Origin: an uncultured Trueperaceae bacterium
Lineage (GTDB): Bacteria; Deinococcota; Deinococci; Deinococcales; Trueperaceae
Direction: 5' to 3'
DNA: 64,000 bases
Assembly: GCA_963815215.1 (NCBI GenBank)
Contig: CAWFFU010000009.1
Location: forward strand, 32,001 to 96,000
The first letter of the stretch is position 1, and the number at the start of each line of letters is the position of its first letter. Made by a program: the position numbers and the translations under genes. The notes below the pieces were generated by a model that searched no databases, was not told the DNA's origin, and saw nothing but the letters and a program-made list of their open reading frames with translations. This document shows positions 31,138 through 41,030 of this stretch, piece by piece.

Positions 31138-33837
31138 GTGAGGTACCGTCTTTCCCTCGTCGTGGTTGCGTTTGGAGTGGCCGTCCTCATCGCGGGGTGC
31201 ACCCAGCAGCCTGCGCCCGCCCCGATGGTGACCTCGTTGACGTCGAGTGCGGTGACGCTCGCCGCTTCCGGTGGGTCTGCGACCCTGAGTTGGAGCGGAA
31301 GCAACGTCACGGACTACAGCCTGACGGTGACTCCGAGCGCGGGCGTGATGGTGAACGGGACTGCCTACCGTGGCAGCGTCGACCTCGCGACCAGCACCGG
31401 CGCGAGCGTGACACTGCCGAGCAATGGCACCAGCAGTAGCGTTGCCTACACGTTCACGTTGACGGCGGCCGGAGGCAGGGGCACGACGGCATCGACGAAG
31501 ACCATCAAGGTGACGGTGGGAGCGGCTGGCCCGAGCATCGCTAGCTTCACGGCTAGCCCGAGCAGCGTGAGTAGCGCAGGTGGGTCCTCGAACCTGACTT
31601 GGACTGGCGGCGGCGTGACGGATTACAGCCTGACGGTCAGCCCGAGCGCGGGCGTGCAGGTCAATGGTTCTGCCTACAGTGGCAGCGTTGATCTGGCGAC
31701 CAGTACCAGCGCCACGGTGACGCTGCCGAGCACCAGCGGCGCGACCGGGGTGACGTACACCTTCATCCTGACGGCGTCGGGTGTCAGCGGCACCACGCCG
31801 GCCACGGAGACCGTTACGGTGGCGGTGGGGACTGCCGACCCGGCGATCGGCAGCTTCACGGCTAGCCCGGCGAGCGTGAGCGCTTCGGGCGGGTCCAGTA
31901 GCTTGTCGTGGACCGGTAGCGCGGTCACGGATTACAGCCTCACGGTGAGCCCGAGCGCGGGCGTGACGGTCAACGGGACTGCCTACAGTGGCAGCGTCGA
32001 CCTTGCGACCAATACCAGCGCCACGGTGACGCTGCCGAGCATCAGCGGCGCAACGGGGGTGACGTACACCTTCACTCTGACGGCAGCGGGTGCGAGCGGC
32101 ACGGCGCCGGCCACGAAGACCGTCACCGTCGCCCAGACGCCGAACCAGCTGTCGGTCTCGCCGACCAGTGTGACGCTCGACAGCTCCACGCCCCAGAGGG
32201 TCGTCACGCTCAGCAACACCAGCAACGCCGTGACCTCCTGGACCGCCACGCCGTCGGACACTCACGCGTCCGTGAGCCCGGCCCAGGGCACGCTCGCGGC
32301 CGGGAGCAGCACCTCAATAACGGTCTCGGTCGATAGCACCGGCCTCAGCCAGGGCCAGACGATCACGCCGACGGTCACCTTCGATTCCGGCGTCGGCACG
32401 GCCACCCTCGACGTGAGCTTCACGATGACGGTCGGCAGCCTCGCCCAGTGCGGGCAGATCCCCACGACGCTGTCGCTGGGGTCGATCGCAGGCAGCGCGA
32501 CGCCGACCTCCGCGCCCGTCCACCCCACGGCGGTGGCGCCCGACGGCCGGAGCTACGTCCCGGGCGAGGTGCTGGTGAGCTACAACGCGGCGGCCGCGCC
32601 CCAGAGCGCGGGCGGCGCGGCCGCCACGCTGCAGCAGCTCTCGGCCGACGTGCGCTCGAGCTACGGGCTCCAGCTGGTGCGGGCGGGCGCGCCGGGCGCG
32701 CCCGATCTGGTGCGGGCGAGCGACGCGGTGGCGGCGCTGGCTCGCCTGCGCGCCGACCCGCGCGTGAGCGCGGCGCAGCTCAACTACTACCTGAAGCCGA
32801 TGGCGTTCACGCCCAACGACACCTACTACGGCCAGGAGTGGAACCTGCAGGAGTTCGGCCTGGAGCAGGCCTGGAGCACCGAGACCGGCGCCAGCCACCG
32901 GACCGTCCTCGCGGTGATCGACACCGGCGTGCAGATGAACCACCCCGACCTGCAGGCCAAGATCGTCGGCGGCTGCGACTTCTACGCCGGCGACAACGAC
33001 CCCACGCCGGGCCCCGGCATCGACCACGGCACGCACGTGGCCGGCATCGCCGCCGCCATCGGCAACAACAACCTGGGCGTGGCGGGCGTCGCCTTCGGTC
33101 CGCAGGTCATGATCGAGCCCATCAAGGTCTTCGACGATGCCGGCGGCGGCGCCACCACCAGCATCCTGATCGACGCCATCCGTTGGGCCGCCGGCCTGGC
33201 GGTGAGCGGCACCGCCACCAACCCCAACCCCGCCGACGTCATCAACATGAGCGTGGGGGCCCCCGGCGACCAGCCGCTGATCGACCAGGCCGCCACCGCC
33301 GCCTTCAACGCGGGTTCGCTGCTGGTGGCGTCGTCGGGCAACTACGGAACCGGCGCGCCGTTCCCCACCAACCCCGGCGTGCTGAGCCCCGCCAACGCGC
33401 CAGCCGTCATCGCGGTCGGCTCGGTCGACAGCGACCACCACATCTCCGGCTTCTCGGCCTACAGCACCGGCGCCGGTTACGCCACGGGCGTCGAGGTGAT
33501 GGCGCCGGGCGGCTTCGAGGTGTCGAGCAGCTACCCCGGCAACGCCTGCCTCTACCACTACTACACCACCACGTCATCGGACTACGGCGTCCTCAGCACC
33601 TACACCGGCAGCAACTACGGTTGCGATGTCGGCACCTCGATGGCGTCACCGTTCGTCGCCGGCGTGGCGGCGCTGCTCAAGAGCCACACGCCGAGCCTGA
33701 CGCCCACGCAGCTGCGTCAGACGCTCGACGGCACGGCGCTGTTCGAAGGGGGCATGACGACCGACGAGTACGGCCACGGCATCGTCTGCGCCGACCTGGC
33801 GCTGGACCCGCTCAGCGTCACCCAGTGCGGGCAGTAG
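31138..33837 (+). CDS. Subtilisin-like S8 serine protease lipoprotein with three tandem Ig-like repeats and a BACON-like domain
   Basis: Lipobox LIAG-C; 103-aa S/T/G-rich repeats; catalytic IDTG, HGTHVAG, GTSMASP; YVPGEVLV prodomain. Confidence 0.92.
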   Translation: MRYRLSLVVVAFGVAVLIAGCTQQPAPAPMVTSLTSSAVTLAASGGSATLSWSGSNVTDYSLTVTPSAGVMVNGTAYRGSVDLATSTGASVTLPSNGTSSSVAYTFTLTAAGGRGTTASTKTIKVTVGAAGPSIASFTASPSSVSSAGGSSNLTWTGGGVTDYSLTVSPSAGVQVNGSAYSGSVDLATSTSATVTLPSTSGATGVTYTFILTASGVSGTTPATETVTVAVGTADPAIGSFTASPASVSASGGSSSLSWTGSAVTDYSLTVSPSAGVTVNGTAYSGSVDLATNTSATVTLPSISGATGVTYTFTLTAAGASGTAPATKTVTVAQTPNQLSVSPTSVTLDSSTPQRVVTLSNTSNAVTSWTATPSDTHASVSPAQGTLAAGSSTSITVSVDSTGLSQGQTITPTVTFDSGVGTATLDVSFTMTVGSLAQCGQIPTTLSLGSIAGSATPTSAPVHPTAVAPDGRSYVPGEVLVSYNAAAAPQSAGGAAATLQQLSADVRSSYGLQLVRAGAPGAPDLVRASDAVAALARLRADPRVSAAQLNYYLKPMAFTPNDTYYGQEWNLQEFGLEQAWSTETGASHRTVLAVIDTGVQMNHPDLQAKIVGGCDFYAGDNDPTPGPGIDHGTHVAGIAAAIGNNNLGVAGVAFGPQVMIEPIKVFDDAGGGATTSILIDAIRWAAGLAVSGTATNPNPADVINMSVGAPGDQPLIDQAATAAFNAGSLLVASSGNYGTGAPFPTNPGVLSPANAPAVIAVGSVDSDHHISGFSAYSTGAGYATGVEVMAPGGFEVSSSYPGNACLYHYYTTTSSDYGVLSTYTGSNYGCDVGTSMASPFVAGVAALLKSHTPSLTPTQLRQTLDGTALFEGGMTTDEYGHGIVCADLALDPLSVTQCGQ
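31230..32130 (+). repeat. Three intragenic domain repeats with a 309-bp period
   Basis: ga(c/t)tacagcct(g/c)acggt anchors at 31312, 31621 and 31930. Confidence 0.9.
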
Positions 33838-34061
33838 CCTGGCGCTGACCGTGGACGGGCGCCTGCGCCCGGTGGCAGCCGAGCGCCAGCAGCCGATCGA
33901 ACGGGGCGCGGGTCTCGACACCCTCGGCCACGATCACAGGTCGAGGTGACGGGCGAGGCCAAGGGCGGCCTCCATCGTGAAGTTGCGTGACGCCGTACCA
34001 CTGTGTTCGTCAGGCCACCGGTCTCGCTCGTGTGTCATCGTCGGGCCCTGCCGGCCACGTC

Positions 34062-34109
34062 GACCTCGTCGCCTGTGTTCCGTGCTGGCTCAACGCCTGG
34101 GGTCATGTC
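34062..34109 (+). repeat. 48-bp direct repeat, copy 2
   Basis: gacctcgtcgcctgtgttccgtgctggctcaacgcctggggtcatgtc. Confidence 0.9.
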
Positions 34110-34188
34110 ACTCGGCATCGAGCCCGTCCGTCTGGCCGGGACCCGCTGCGTTGCCCCTCGATCGTGCCGGTGTCGATCGCCTCTCCGC

Positions 34189-35991
34189 TCAACGGTCGTC
34201 CCCGCCACGGCCTGGACGGTCGTTCGTCCGCTCCTCCCAGCGCCTCGCCGCCGCCACGACCCGCTCTCGCTGCTTCAGGGCGACGGCTGCAGGCAGGCTG
34301 CTCCAGGCCTGGAGCAGCGCACCCGGTCCGTACGGCGGGCTGTAGTACTCGACCGGCGAGGCCCACCCCTGCGCCAGGCCGTACTCCCACCAGCGCAGCA
34401 GGGGATACTCCCAGCCCGGCATGCCCGCCTTCAACAGCAGATCGGCGTAGACTCCGTCCCAGTAGGGCCAGTCGGCGCCGTTGTGATAGCGGTAGGCGAA
34501 CGCTGATTTGCTTCGCAGGTCGCGCCGCCGGCGGTACGGCGGCCAGACGCTCATCACGCCCCAGTCGCCGTAGGGCTGCTCCGCGTTGTGCCGGGTCTCG
34601 AGGGAGCGCCGTACGGCCTGCAGCAGCGCCCGCGCCTGCGCGGCGTCGGCCAGACCGAAGCGGACAGCCGTGAGGGTATCGATGGCGAGATGGTCTTCGA
34701 CGAAGCCGTCCTCCGAGACGTACTCCACGTAGTGCCCCCGGCCGGCCTGCCACAGCCGTCGATCCGCCACCGTCCGAACGCGCCCGGCGCGTTCCAGCGC
34801 TCCGTCGCGCAGGGCGTCGTCGACGCCCTCCGCCAGCACTGCGATCGCTCGAAGCGCGCCGTGGTAGAGCGCAACGTCGTAGGTGACCGGCCCCGAGCGG
34901 TACACGTTGTCGGCCCAGTCACGGTCGTTCCGCGGCTTCTCCGGCACGCCGTCGCGGTCGCGGTCGAGGCCATCGTAGCGGTGGTAGATAGCCTGCAGGT
35001 GCCCCCGATACGCCGAGACCTGCTCGCGGTCGCCGGTCGCGGCCACGTACTCGGCGAGGAGCAGTACGAACAACGCAGGCGAGTCGAAGTGATCGCTCCA
35101 CCAGTCCAGGGGACGTCGGTGGTCGCGCGCGCGACCGCGGTCCTCCGACCGGAGCGACTCCCACGCGTGCGCCTGGAACGGACCCGGCACGATGACGCCG
35201 CTGGGCGCCTCGCCGGTCTCCTGCACGCCGGATGCCAGGTGCGCCAGCAGGCCGCGCACGCTCTCGGGCGTGACCTGCAATAGTGCCTGCGCCGTCCAGT
35301 AGCCGTCCCGGTAGTAGCTGCGCGCCGGTAGCGAGTATCCCGGGCCCGCCGCGACCCCCGCGAAGCCGCCGTGGGGATCGCGCTTCACGGCCGACAGCGC
35401 GGCGTGGAGTCCGAACGCCGCCATGCTTCGGAGCAGCTGGGAGGCCTCGGGGAGGCAGTCGCAGCGCTGCTCGTAGTCGTGCGCCTCGCGGAGCAGCGTC
35501 TCGTCGGGAAGCGCCAGCGCGCGCCGGGCTTCCTCGAGGTCCTCGCCGGCGGCCAGCCGGATGCCGTCGGTCTGCCGGCGGACGAGGAGCACGCCCCACG
35601 GCAGACGGTAGGCGCGGCCCGCAGGCGTGTCCTCCACCAAGGCGCGCACGGGTTCGCGCACGGAGGCGGAAGGTCTGAGGGCGGGCACCACCCGGACGCC
35701 GGCTGGCGCGAGCCCGTCGAGCAGCAGCGTCGGACACGACCGCGCCACCACCACGCGGTAGGCGGGCGTCTCCAGCGTGTTCGGCCGGACCCGCCAGGGT
35801 CCGGCGGGCTGTGGGCCTGCTGCCCCGGGCCCTGCGGTACCTGGGAGGGTGAGGTGCCCCATCGCGCCGCAACCCCAGAGCGCGACCTCGAGGCGGCCCC
35901 CGTGCACACGCCCCTCCAATCGCGGCGCCGCGAACGGCCACGTGACGGGGCGCTCGGACTGGAGCGTGGTGCCGTCTCGAACGGCGATCAT
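34189..35991 (-). CDS. (alpha/alpha)6-barrel glycoside hydrolase (glycogen-debranching GDE_C / GH63-like)
   Basis: SYYRDGYW, DWADNV, YHNGADWPYWDG, LQAWS motifs; ATGA overlap with the GH31 gene. Confidence 0.75.
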   Translation of the reverse strand: MIAVRDGTTLQSERPVTWPFAAPRLEGRVHGGRLEVALWGCGAMGHLTLPGTAGPGAAGPQPAGPWRVRPNTLETPAYRVVVARSCPTLLLDGLAPAGVRVVPALRPSASVREPVRALVEDTPAGRAYRLPWGVLLVRRQTDGIRLAAGEDLEEARRALALPDETLLREAHDYEQRCDCLPEASQLLRSMAAFGLHAALSAVKRDPHGGFAGVAAGPGYSLPARSYYRDGYWTAQALLQVTPESVRGLLAHLASGVQETGEAPSGVIVPGPFQAHAWESLRSEDRGRARDHRRPLDWWSDHFDSPALFVLLLAEYVAATGDREQVSAYRGHLQAIYHRYDGLDRDRDGVPEKPRNDRDWADNVYRSGPVTYDVALYHGALRAIAVLAEGVDDALRDGALERAGRVRTVADRRLWQAGRGHYVEYVSEDGFVEDHLAIDTLTAVRFGLADAAQARALLQAVRRSLETRHNAEQPYGDWGVMSVWPPYRRRRDLRSKSAFAYRYHNGADWPYWDGVYADLLLKAGMPGWEYPLLRWWEYGLAQGWASPVEYYSPPYGPGALLQAWSSLPAAVALKQRERVVAAARRWEERTNDRPGRGGDDR

Positions 35992-38294
35992 GCGGGGAGG
36001 TCCCAGCGTGCGGGGAGCTCGCGCCAGCCCTCGCGCTCCGTCTCCTCGCCGGCGGCGCTGAGCCCTGCGCCGAGTCGTAGCGGGCGGGTCTCGCCAGCGG
36101 GCAGCCGTAGCGTGACGCTGCGGTCGGGGAGCGGGTAGCGGTGCTCGAGCGCCTCCGCCTCGACCACGATGGCGCCGGCGTCATAGCGCACGCGGAGATC
36201 CAGGAGGGTGCGTTCGCCGCGTTGGTACGCCAGGCTCTCGCCGTCGTCGGCGTAGAGCCGGAAGGCCGTGGCGCCCTCGCCCAGGTGAGGGTAGATACGG
36301 AGCTCCGCGACGCGCCCGTCGCGGCGCGCGCGCCCGTCCGGCGCGAAGCCGAGCGGCAGGATGGCGCCGGCCCGGACGAAGGCCGGCACCGCCTCGAGCG
36401 GGTATGGCACCGCGTGGCGCCCGGAGGGGTAGTAGCGGGCGTCCTGAAGGCGGTACCAGCCCAGCTCGCCGGGCAGGAGCGTCTCGGCCTCGCGCACGCC
36501 CGGCCCGAACGCCTCTCCTGGCACCAGGACGGCCGGGCCGAGCAGGAAGCTGAAGGGTTGCTCGTAGGCCTCGGGCGTGTCGAAGGCGTAGAACAGCGGG
36601 CGCATCACGGGCGCGCCCGTCTCGCCGTGCTCGAAGAACAGGCTGTAGAGGTAGGGCAGGAGGCGGTAGCGCAGCCGCAGGGCCTCGCGCACGGCCGGAA
36701 GCACCTCCGGGTGGCTCCACGGCTCGGTCGGCGGCGTCTTCCACGAGTGGATGACGAAGCGCGGGAAGAACACGCCCTGCTGCACCCAGCGCAGGAACAG
36801 CTCCGCGTCCGGGGCGGGACCCGCGAAGCCGCCCACGTCGTGGCCATGGTTGGCGAAGCCGCTGAGGCCCAGTGACAACCCCATGGGCGTGTTGAAGTGC
36901 AGCGACCGCCAGTCCGAGCGGTTGTCGCCGCTCCACGTCTGGGCCAGGCGCTGGACGCCCAGCGACGCCGAGCGGCTGATCACGAACGGGCGGCGCCGCG
37001 GCCGCGCCGCCTCGCACGCCCGGTACGAAGCGAGCGCCATGGCGCGCATCTGCGATGCCGGATGGGCGGGCTCCCCGCCGGCCGTGAAGGCGTCCTCGAG
37101 CGCGAACTCGTTGTTGTCGTTCCATATGCCTTCGATGCCGACGTCCAGCAATTGGGTCGTGACGCGCTCGCGCCAGTAGCGGGTGGCGACCTCGTTGGTG
37201 AAGTCGAGGAAGCTCCCCGCCCCACCCCAGAAGTCCCCGTGGTGGGGCGTACCCTCGGCCGTCCGCAGGAACGCGCCCTGCTCGGAGAGGGAGGCGTAGT
37301 CGGGATGGTCCTCGAGCATGCCGGGCTTCACGTTCGCTACGACTCGGAGCCCGCGCTCCGCCATCCTGCCCACGAGGCCGCGCGGGTCCACGATGCGGTC
37401 CGACCACGTGAACACGTAGCGGCGACCCTGTCGCAGGGTATAGCCCGACGACAGGTGCATGCCGTCCACGGGGATGCCCTCCCGCTCGCAGCGGTCCGCG
37501 AAGGCGATCAGCGCGGCCTCGGGGTCGTCGGCGTCGGCGTAGGCCATGCCCGAGGCCAGGTAGCCGAGACTCCAGCGCGGCGGGAGCTGCGGTCGGCCCA
37601 GCAGCCCCGTCAGGCGCCGCAGCAGCGTTGGCAGGTCGGGCGCGACGAGCACGTAGTACGTGAGGCCTCGCCCCCCCGCCTCGACGTAGCGGAAGGGCCC
37701 CAGATAGTTGTGGATCTCGGCGCCCAGGTCGAACACCATGGGGAAGGGCATGTCGTATACCAGCGCCGCCCAGCGGCCCTCGGGGCGGCGCAACAGCAGG
37801 ACGGGCCAGTGCTTGTAGAGGGGGTCGCCGAGCTCCGCGTCGTAGCCCAGCGCGTCCCTTGGCTCGAGCCGGTAGCGCCTTCCGGTGCGCTCCAGCGCCC
37901 CGCTGACCTCGCCCACGCCGTAGAGGCGCTCGCCGTCGGCGCGCACCTGCCGATGCGTCAGGCCGGAGCCTCCGAGGACATAGGCGTGTGTCGGGTGGTC
38001 GGCGAGAAAGGCGTTGCCGTCCACCTCCCAGTCCAACGACAGCGGCGCGCCTCGGAGCGTGACGCGGAGGCCGTCGAGTTGCACGGTCCACCGGCCGTCC
38101 TTGCTGGCGATCGAGGCCGGCGCGTGGCGCGGCGCTGCCACCGCTTCCTCCCACGACGCGTCGCCGACGATGAGCCGCACCTGGGCGACGCCGCTGGAGA
38201 CGGCCGACAGCCGGAGCGTGGCGTCGCCCACGTCCCAGCGGGCACCCTCGCGGTCCGCACCCGCGTAGCGGGCGCCCGTCAGTGTGACGCTCAT
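35988..38294 (-). CDS. Glycoside hydrolase family 31
   Basis: DPLYKHWP, PRWSLGY, GIWNDNNE (nucleophile), WSGDN (acid/base), HDVGGF, RYRLLPYLY. Confidence 0.92.
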   Translation of the reverse strand: MSVTLTGARYAGADREGARWDVGDATLRLSAVSSGVAQVRLIVGDASWEEAVAAPRHAPASIASKDGRWTVQLDGLRVTLRGAPLSLDWEVDGNAFLADHPTHAYVLGGSGLTHRQVRADGERLYGVGEVSGALERTGRRYRLEPRDALGYDAELGDPLYKHWPVLLLRRPEGRWAALVYDMPFPMVFDLGAEIHNYLGPFRYVEAGGRGLTYYVLVAPDLPTLLRRLTGLLGRPQLPPRWSLGYLASGMAYADADDPEAALIAFADRCEREGIPVDGMHLSSGYTLRQGRRYVFTWSDRIVDPRGLVGRMAERGLRVVANVKPGMLEDHPDYASLSEQGAFLRTAEGTPHHGDFWGGAGSFLDFTNEVATRYWRERVTTQLLDVGIEGIWNDNNEFALEDAFTAGGEPAHPASQMRAMALASYRACEAARPRRRPFVISRSASLGVQRLAQTWSGDNRSDWRSLHFNTPMGLSLGLSGFANHGHDVGGFAGPAPDAELFLRWVQQGVFFPRFVIHSWKTPPTEPWSHPEVLPAVREALRLRYRLLPYLYSLFFEHGETGAPVMRPLFYAFDTPEAYEQPFSFLLGPAVLVPGEAFGPGVREAETLLPGELGWYRLQDARYYPSGRHAVPYPLEAVPAFVRAGAILPLGFAPDGRARRDGRVAELRIYPHLGEGATAFRLYADDGESLAYQRGERTLLDLRVRYDAGAIVVEAEALEHRYPLPDRSVTLRLPAGETRPLRLGAGLSAAGEETEREGWRELPARWDLPA

Positions 38295-40975
38295 GGCGCC
38301 CTCCCCTCGGCCGCTCCGAGCGCCGGCCCGGCACCGTCGAAGCGCAGCGGGATGACGTGTCGGAGGCCGGCGTGCTCGAGCACCATCGCGGCGTCACCGA
38401 GCTCCGTCCGCGTATAGCGGTTGTGGTAGTGCTGGAAGGCCGCGGTGTCGACGAGCGCGCCGTCCACCTGCAGGCCTTCGAGCCAGCCGAGCGTCAGCTC
38501 GCTGCCGTCGGCAGGCCGCCAGCTCAGGCGAGGGCCCTCTGCCGCGACCGGCGACGGGCCCTCGCGCAGGCGCTCGCAGAACGCCTGGAACGTTCCGTCT
38601 TCCGCCGCGCTTCCCACCGTGCACAGCCACGCAAGGCCGGCGCCGCGGCTGCGCAGCTCCTGCCGGGCGAAGCGGCCCTCCTCGGTGAGCGCGAGCGGGC
38701 CGTCGCCCCACAGGGCCACGTAGCCCGAGCCGTGGCGCGCGAACGCCCACGCCCCCTCGACGCTCCAGACGTCGAAGCTCTCGACAGGGAAGTAGGCGTG
38801 GGTGAAGCCCAGCCCCACGGCGTCGTCGAGGCGGTACAGGCAGAGCACGGTGCGGCCGTGCATGCCCACCTGGGGCAGCCGCGCCGAACCGGCCCAGAAG
38901 TTCGGACGGGCCTGGCCGTGCTCGAGCCGGTTGCCGGGGTAGGTGGTGAAGACCACCGCCTCCGGGCCGAGGGTGGCTTGCCAGAGGTGCTCCTGGATGC
39001 CCATCGCACCGGGGCGGTGGTCCAGGGCGGCGGCGAGCTGGTAGTCCGGCGTGCGTCGGGTGAGCGTGCGCACGTCCCAGCCGTCTGCGCGCATGTCGGC
39101 TTCGGGAAGGAAGTCGCCGCGGGCGTGGGCGTAGGTGACCAGCGCCTCGGGCAGGTCCGCGCCGATGGCCTGGATCACGTCCGGAACGCGATAGCGCTCA
39201 CTCATCGCGAGCAAACCGGGCGCGCGCGTCTCGCTGTTGAAGGTGCCCGTTCCCCACGCCAGGCGCTGCAGACCGGCGGTGGCGTCGTTGCGGCCCGATC
39301 TCAGCGCCCCCACGTAGCAGCGGCCATGCGTGCAACCCTGTGTGCCTCGGAAGGACTGCGCGGCCAGCATGAAGAACAGCTTGTCGAGGAGGCTCCGCGC
39401 GCGTTGGGACACGCCCTGTTCGTCGGCGAACTCCACCAGCGCCAGCAGGGCGAAGGCGTCCATCGCGAGATAGGCGTTGGAGTCCCACTCGGAGAACCCC
39501 GAGCGCAGCCGGCGCTCGATCCAGGCGAGGATCCGGCTGCGCGCGGCGGGGAGCTTCGCCGCGCCGGTGATGCCGCTGTTGCTGAAGGTGAGATCGGGCC
39601 ATCGCTGAGCTGCCAGGTACTCGCTGGCGTGGAACAGGATCTGGTGATTCTCGGTGAAGTAGCACATGGCGTCGAGGCCAGGCTCCTCGAGCCAGTACTT
39701 GAAGTGACGGAAGGCGTCGCGGATGGCCTCCAGGTCCCGGGCGTCCAACGCGGGGCTGTCGGCGAACCAGTACACGACCGCCAGCAGGCCCAGCGCGTGG
39801 AAGTCGGCGGTGTCGCGCCGCTCGTTCAGGAAGCGCAGCGAGGTCGCCACGGCCTCGCGCGCGATCCTGGGCGTGTGTCCGAGGCGCACCGCGGCCGCGC
39901 TTCCGAGCACGTCCGCGTCCATCCGTGCCAGGTGCGCCAGCGCCTCGCGCCGCCGCGATTCGTAGCTGCCGTAGGGCGTGTCGCGGTAGGCCACGAGCGC
40001 GGGCACGACCTCGTAGCGGCGCTCCAGGGGCAGGTCGGTCGCTGGCCGGATCACCAGGTCCACCCGTCCCTCGCTCAGGGTGGAGGCCACGGCGTGGCGC
40101 ACGCCACGTGCCAGCGGCAGCGCGACGCTCTGCCCGGGTTCGGCCGTGAACGTCCCGAGGTGCGAGCGGATGGGCGGATCCGACGCCAGCTCCGCCGTGA
40201 CCGTGAAGCTCACCGCAGAGCCGGCTCCGGCGGCCACGCTGGCGGCCGCCTCCTGCTCCTCCACCACGAAGCGGCTCACCTGAACGGCGCCCACGCAACG
40301 CTCGGCCTCGTGCCAGGCGCCCTCCGAGCGATCGCCGATCGGCACGCGCACGTTCAGGCCGGCCGGGTCCAGGAACCGCAGCCCGAGCGCCAGGCGTGCC
40401 TCGCGCAGCCCGATCATGTCGCCCCGCAGCCAGAGGCCGTGCACGCCTTCGTCCAGAGGGAGCGAGACCCGCACCGCGTAGGGGTGCACGTAGCTGAACG
40501 GCCGCCGGTGGTGGTGGACGAGGCGTCCGTCGAGCCACAGGTGGGCGGGCCCGATCGTGATCAGTTCGACGTCGCGAGGTCGTGCCTCGTCACAGACGAT
40601 CTCGGTGTACAGGTGGCCGCTGAATAGGGCGGGGGTGTGACTGAAGCGGCTGAAGTCGGCCGTGTCATCGTCCGGTGCCAGGTAGCGCCAGCGCATGCCA
40701 TCTCCCTCGGCCCCAGTCACCGTGGGGGCGGGGTCGATCACGTCGAGGGCGGGATCGAGCGCCTCGTAGATGCGGCTCTTGGCGGCCTGCACACGCGCGT
40801 CCCAGGCCCAGTAGTTGAGGGTCCAGCGGCCGCGTTCGCCGAAGGGCGGGCCGCTCGGCGCGAACGCCTCGGCTAGCGCCCCGTCGGCCGGGATCGGCGT
40901 GACCGAGGGACCGGAGGCGAGCCAGTGCCGGACGGCGCCGTTGGTTTCGAGGGGGTAGGTCGCGTGGTTGCTCAT
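38291..40975 (-). CDS. Large uncharacterised protein (~894 aa), possibly a carbohydrate-active alpha-barrel plus beta-sandwich enzyme
   Basis: GC3-rich ORF coupled to GH31; motifs FTENHQILFH, EWDSNAY, HGRCY, QEHLWQATL, RPNFWAG, THAYFP. Confidence 0.8.
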   Translation of the reverse strand: MSNHATYPLETNGAVRHWLASGPSVTPIPADGALAEAFAPSGPPFGERGRWTLNYWAWDARVQAAKSRIYEALDPALDVIDPAPTVTGAEGDGMRWRYLAPDDDTADFSRFSHTPALFSGHLYTEIVCDEARPRDVELITIGPAHLWLDGRLVHHHRRPFSYVHPYAVRVSLPLDEGVHGLWLRGDMIGLREARLALGLRFLDPAGLNVRVPIGDRSEGAWHEAERCVGAVQVSRFVVEEQEAAASVAAGAGSAVSFTVTAELASDPPIRSHLGTFTAEPGQSVALPLARGVRHAVASTLSEGRVDLVIRPATDLPLERRYEVVPALVAYRDTPYGSYESRRREALAHLARMDADVLGSAAAVRLGHTPRIAREAVATSLRFLNERRDTADFHALGLLAVVYWFADSPALDARDLEAIRDAFRHFKYWLEEPGLDAMCYFTENHQILFHASEYLAAQRWPDLTFSNSGITGAAKLPAARSRILAWIERRLRSGFSEWDSNAYLAMDAFALLALVEFADEQGVSQRARSLLDKLFFMLAAQSFRGTQGCTHGRCYVGALRSGRNDATAGLQRLAWGTGTFNSETRAPGLLAMSERYRVPDVIQAIGADLPEALVTYAHARGDFLPEADMRADGWDVRTLTRRTPDYQLAAALDHRPGAMGIQEHLWQATLGPEAVVFTTYPGNRLEHGQARPNFWAGSARLPQVGMHGRTVLCLYRLDDAVGLGFTHAYFPVESFDVWSVEGAWAFARHGSGYVALWGDGPLALTEEGRFARQELRSRGAGLAWLCTVGSAAEDGTFQAFCERLREGPSPVAAEGPRLSWRPADGSELTLGWLEGLQVDGALVDTAAFQHYHNRYTRTELGDAAMVLEHAGLRHVIPLRFDGAGPALGAAEGRAP

Positions 40976-41030
40976 CACACTCCAGGTCGAGGGGGTCCTG
41001 CGCACGGCAGCCGGCGCATGCCGGGCGCGG

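Noticed and set aside
30674..34109. CRISPR interpretation of the 48-bp repeat
   Set aside because: Only two copies 3.4 kb apart; no spacer array or cas genes in the window
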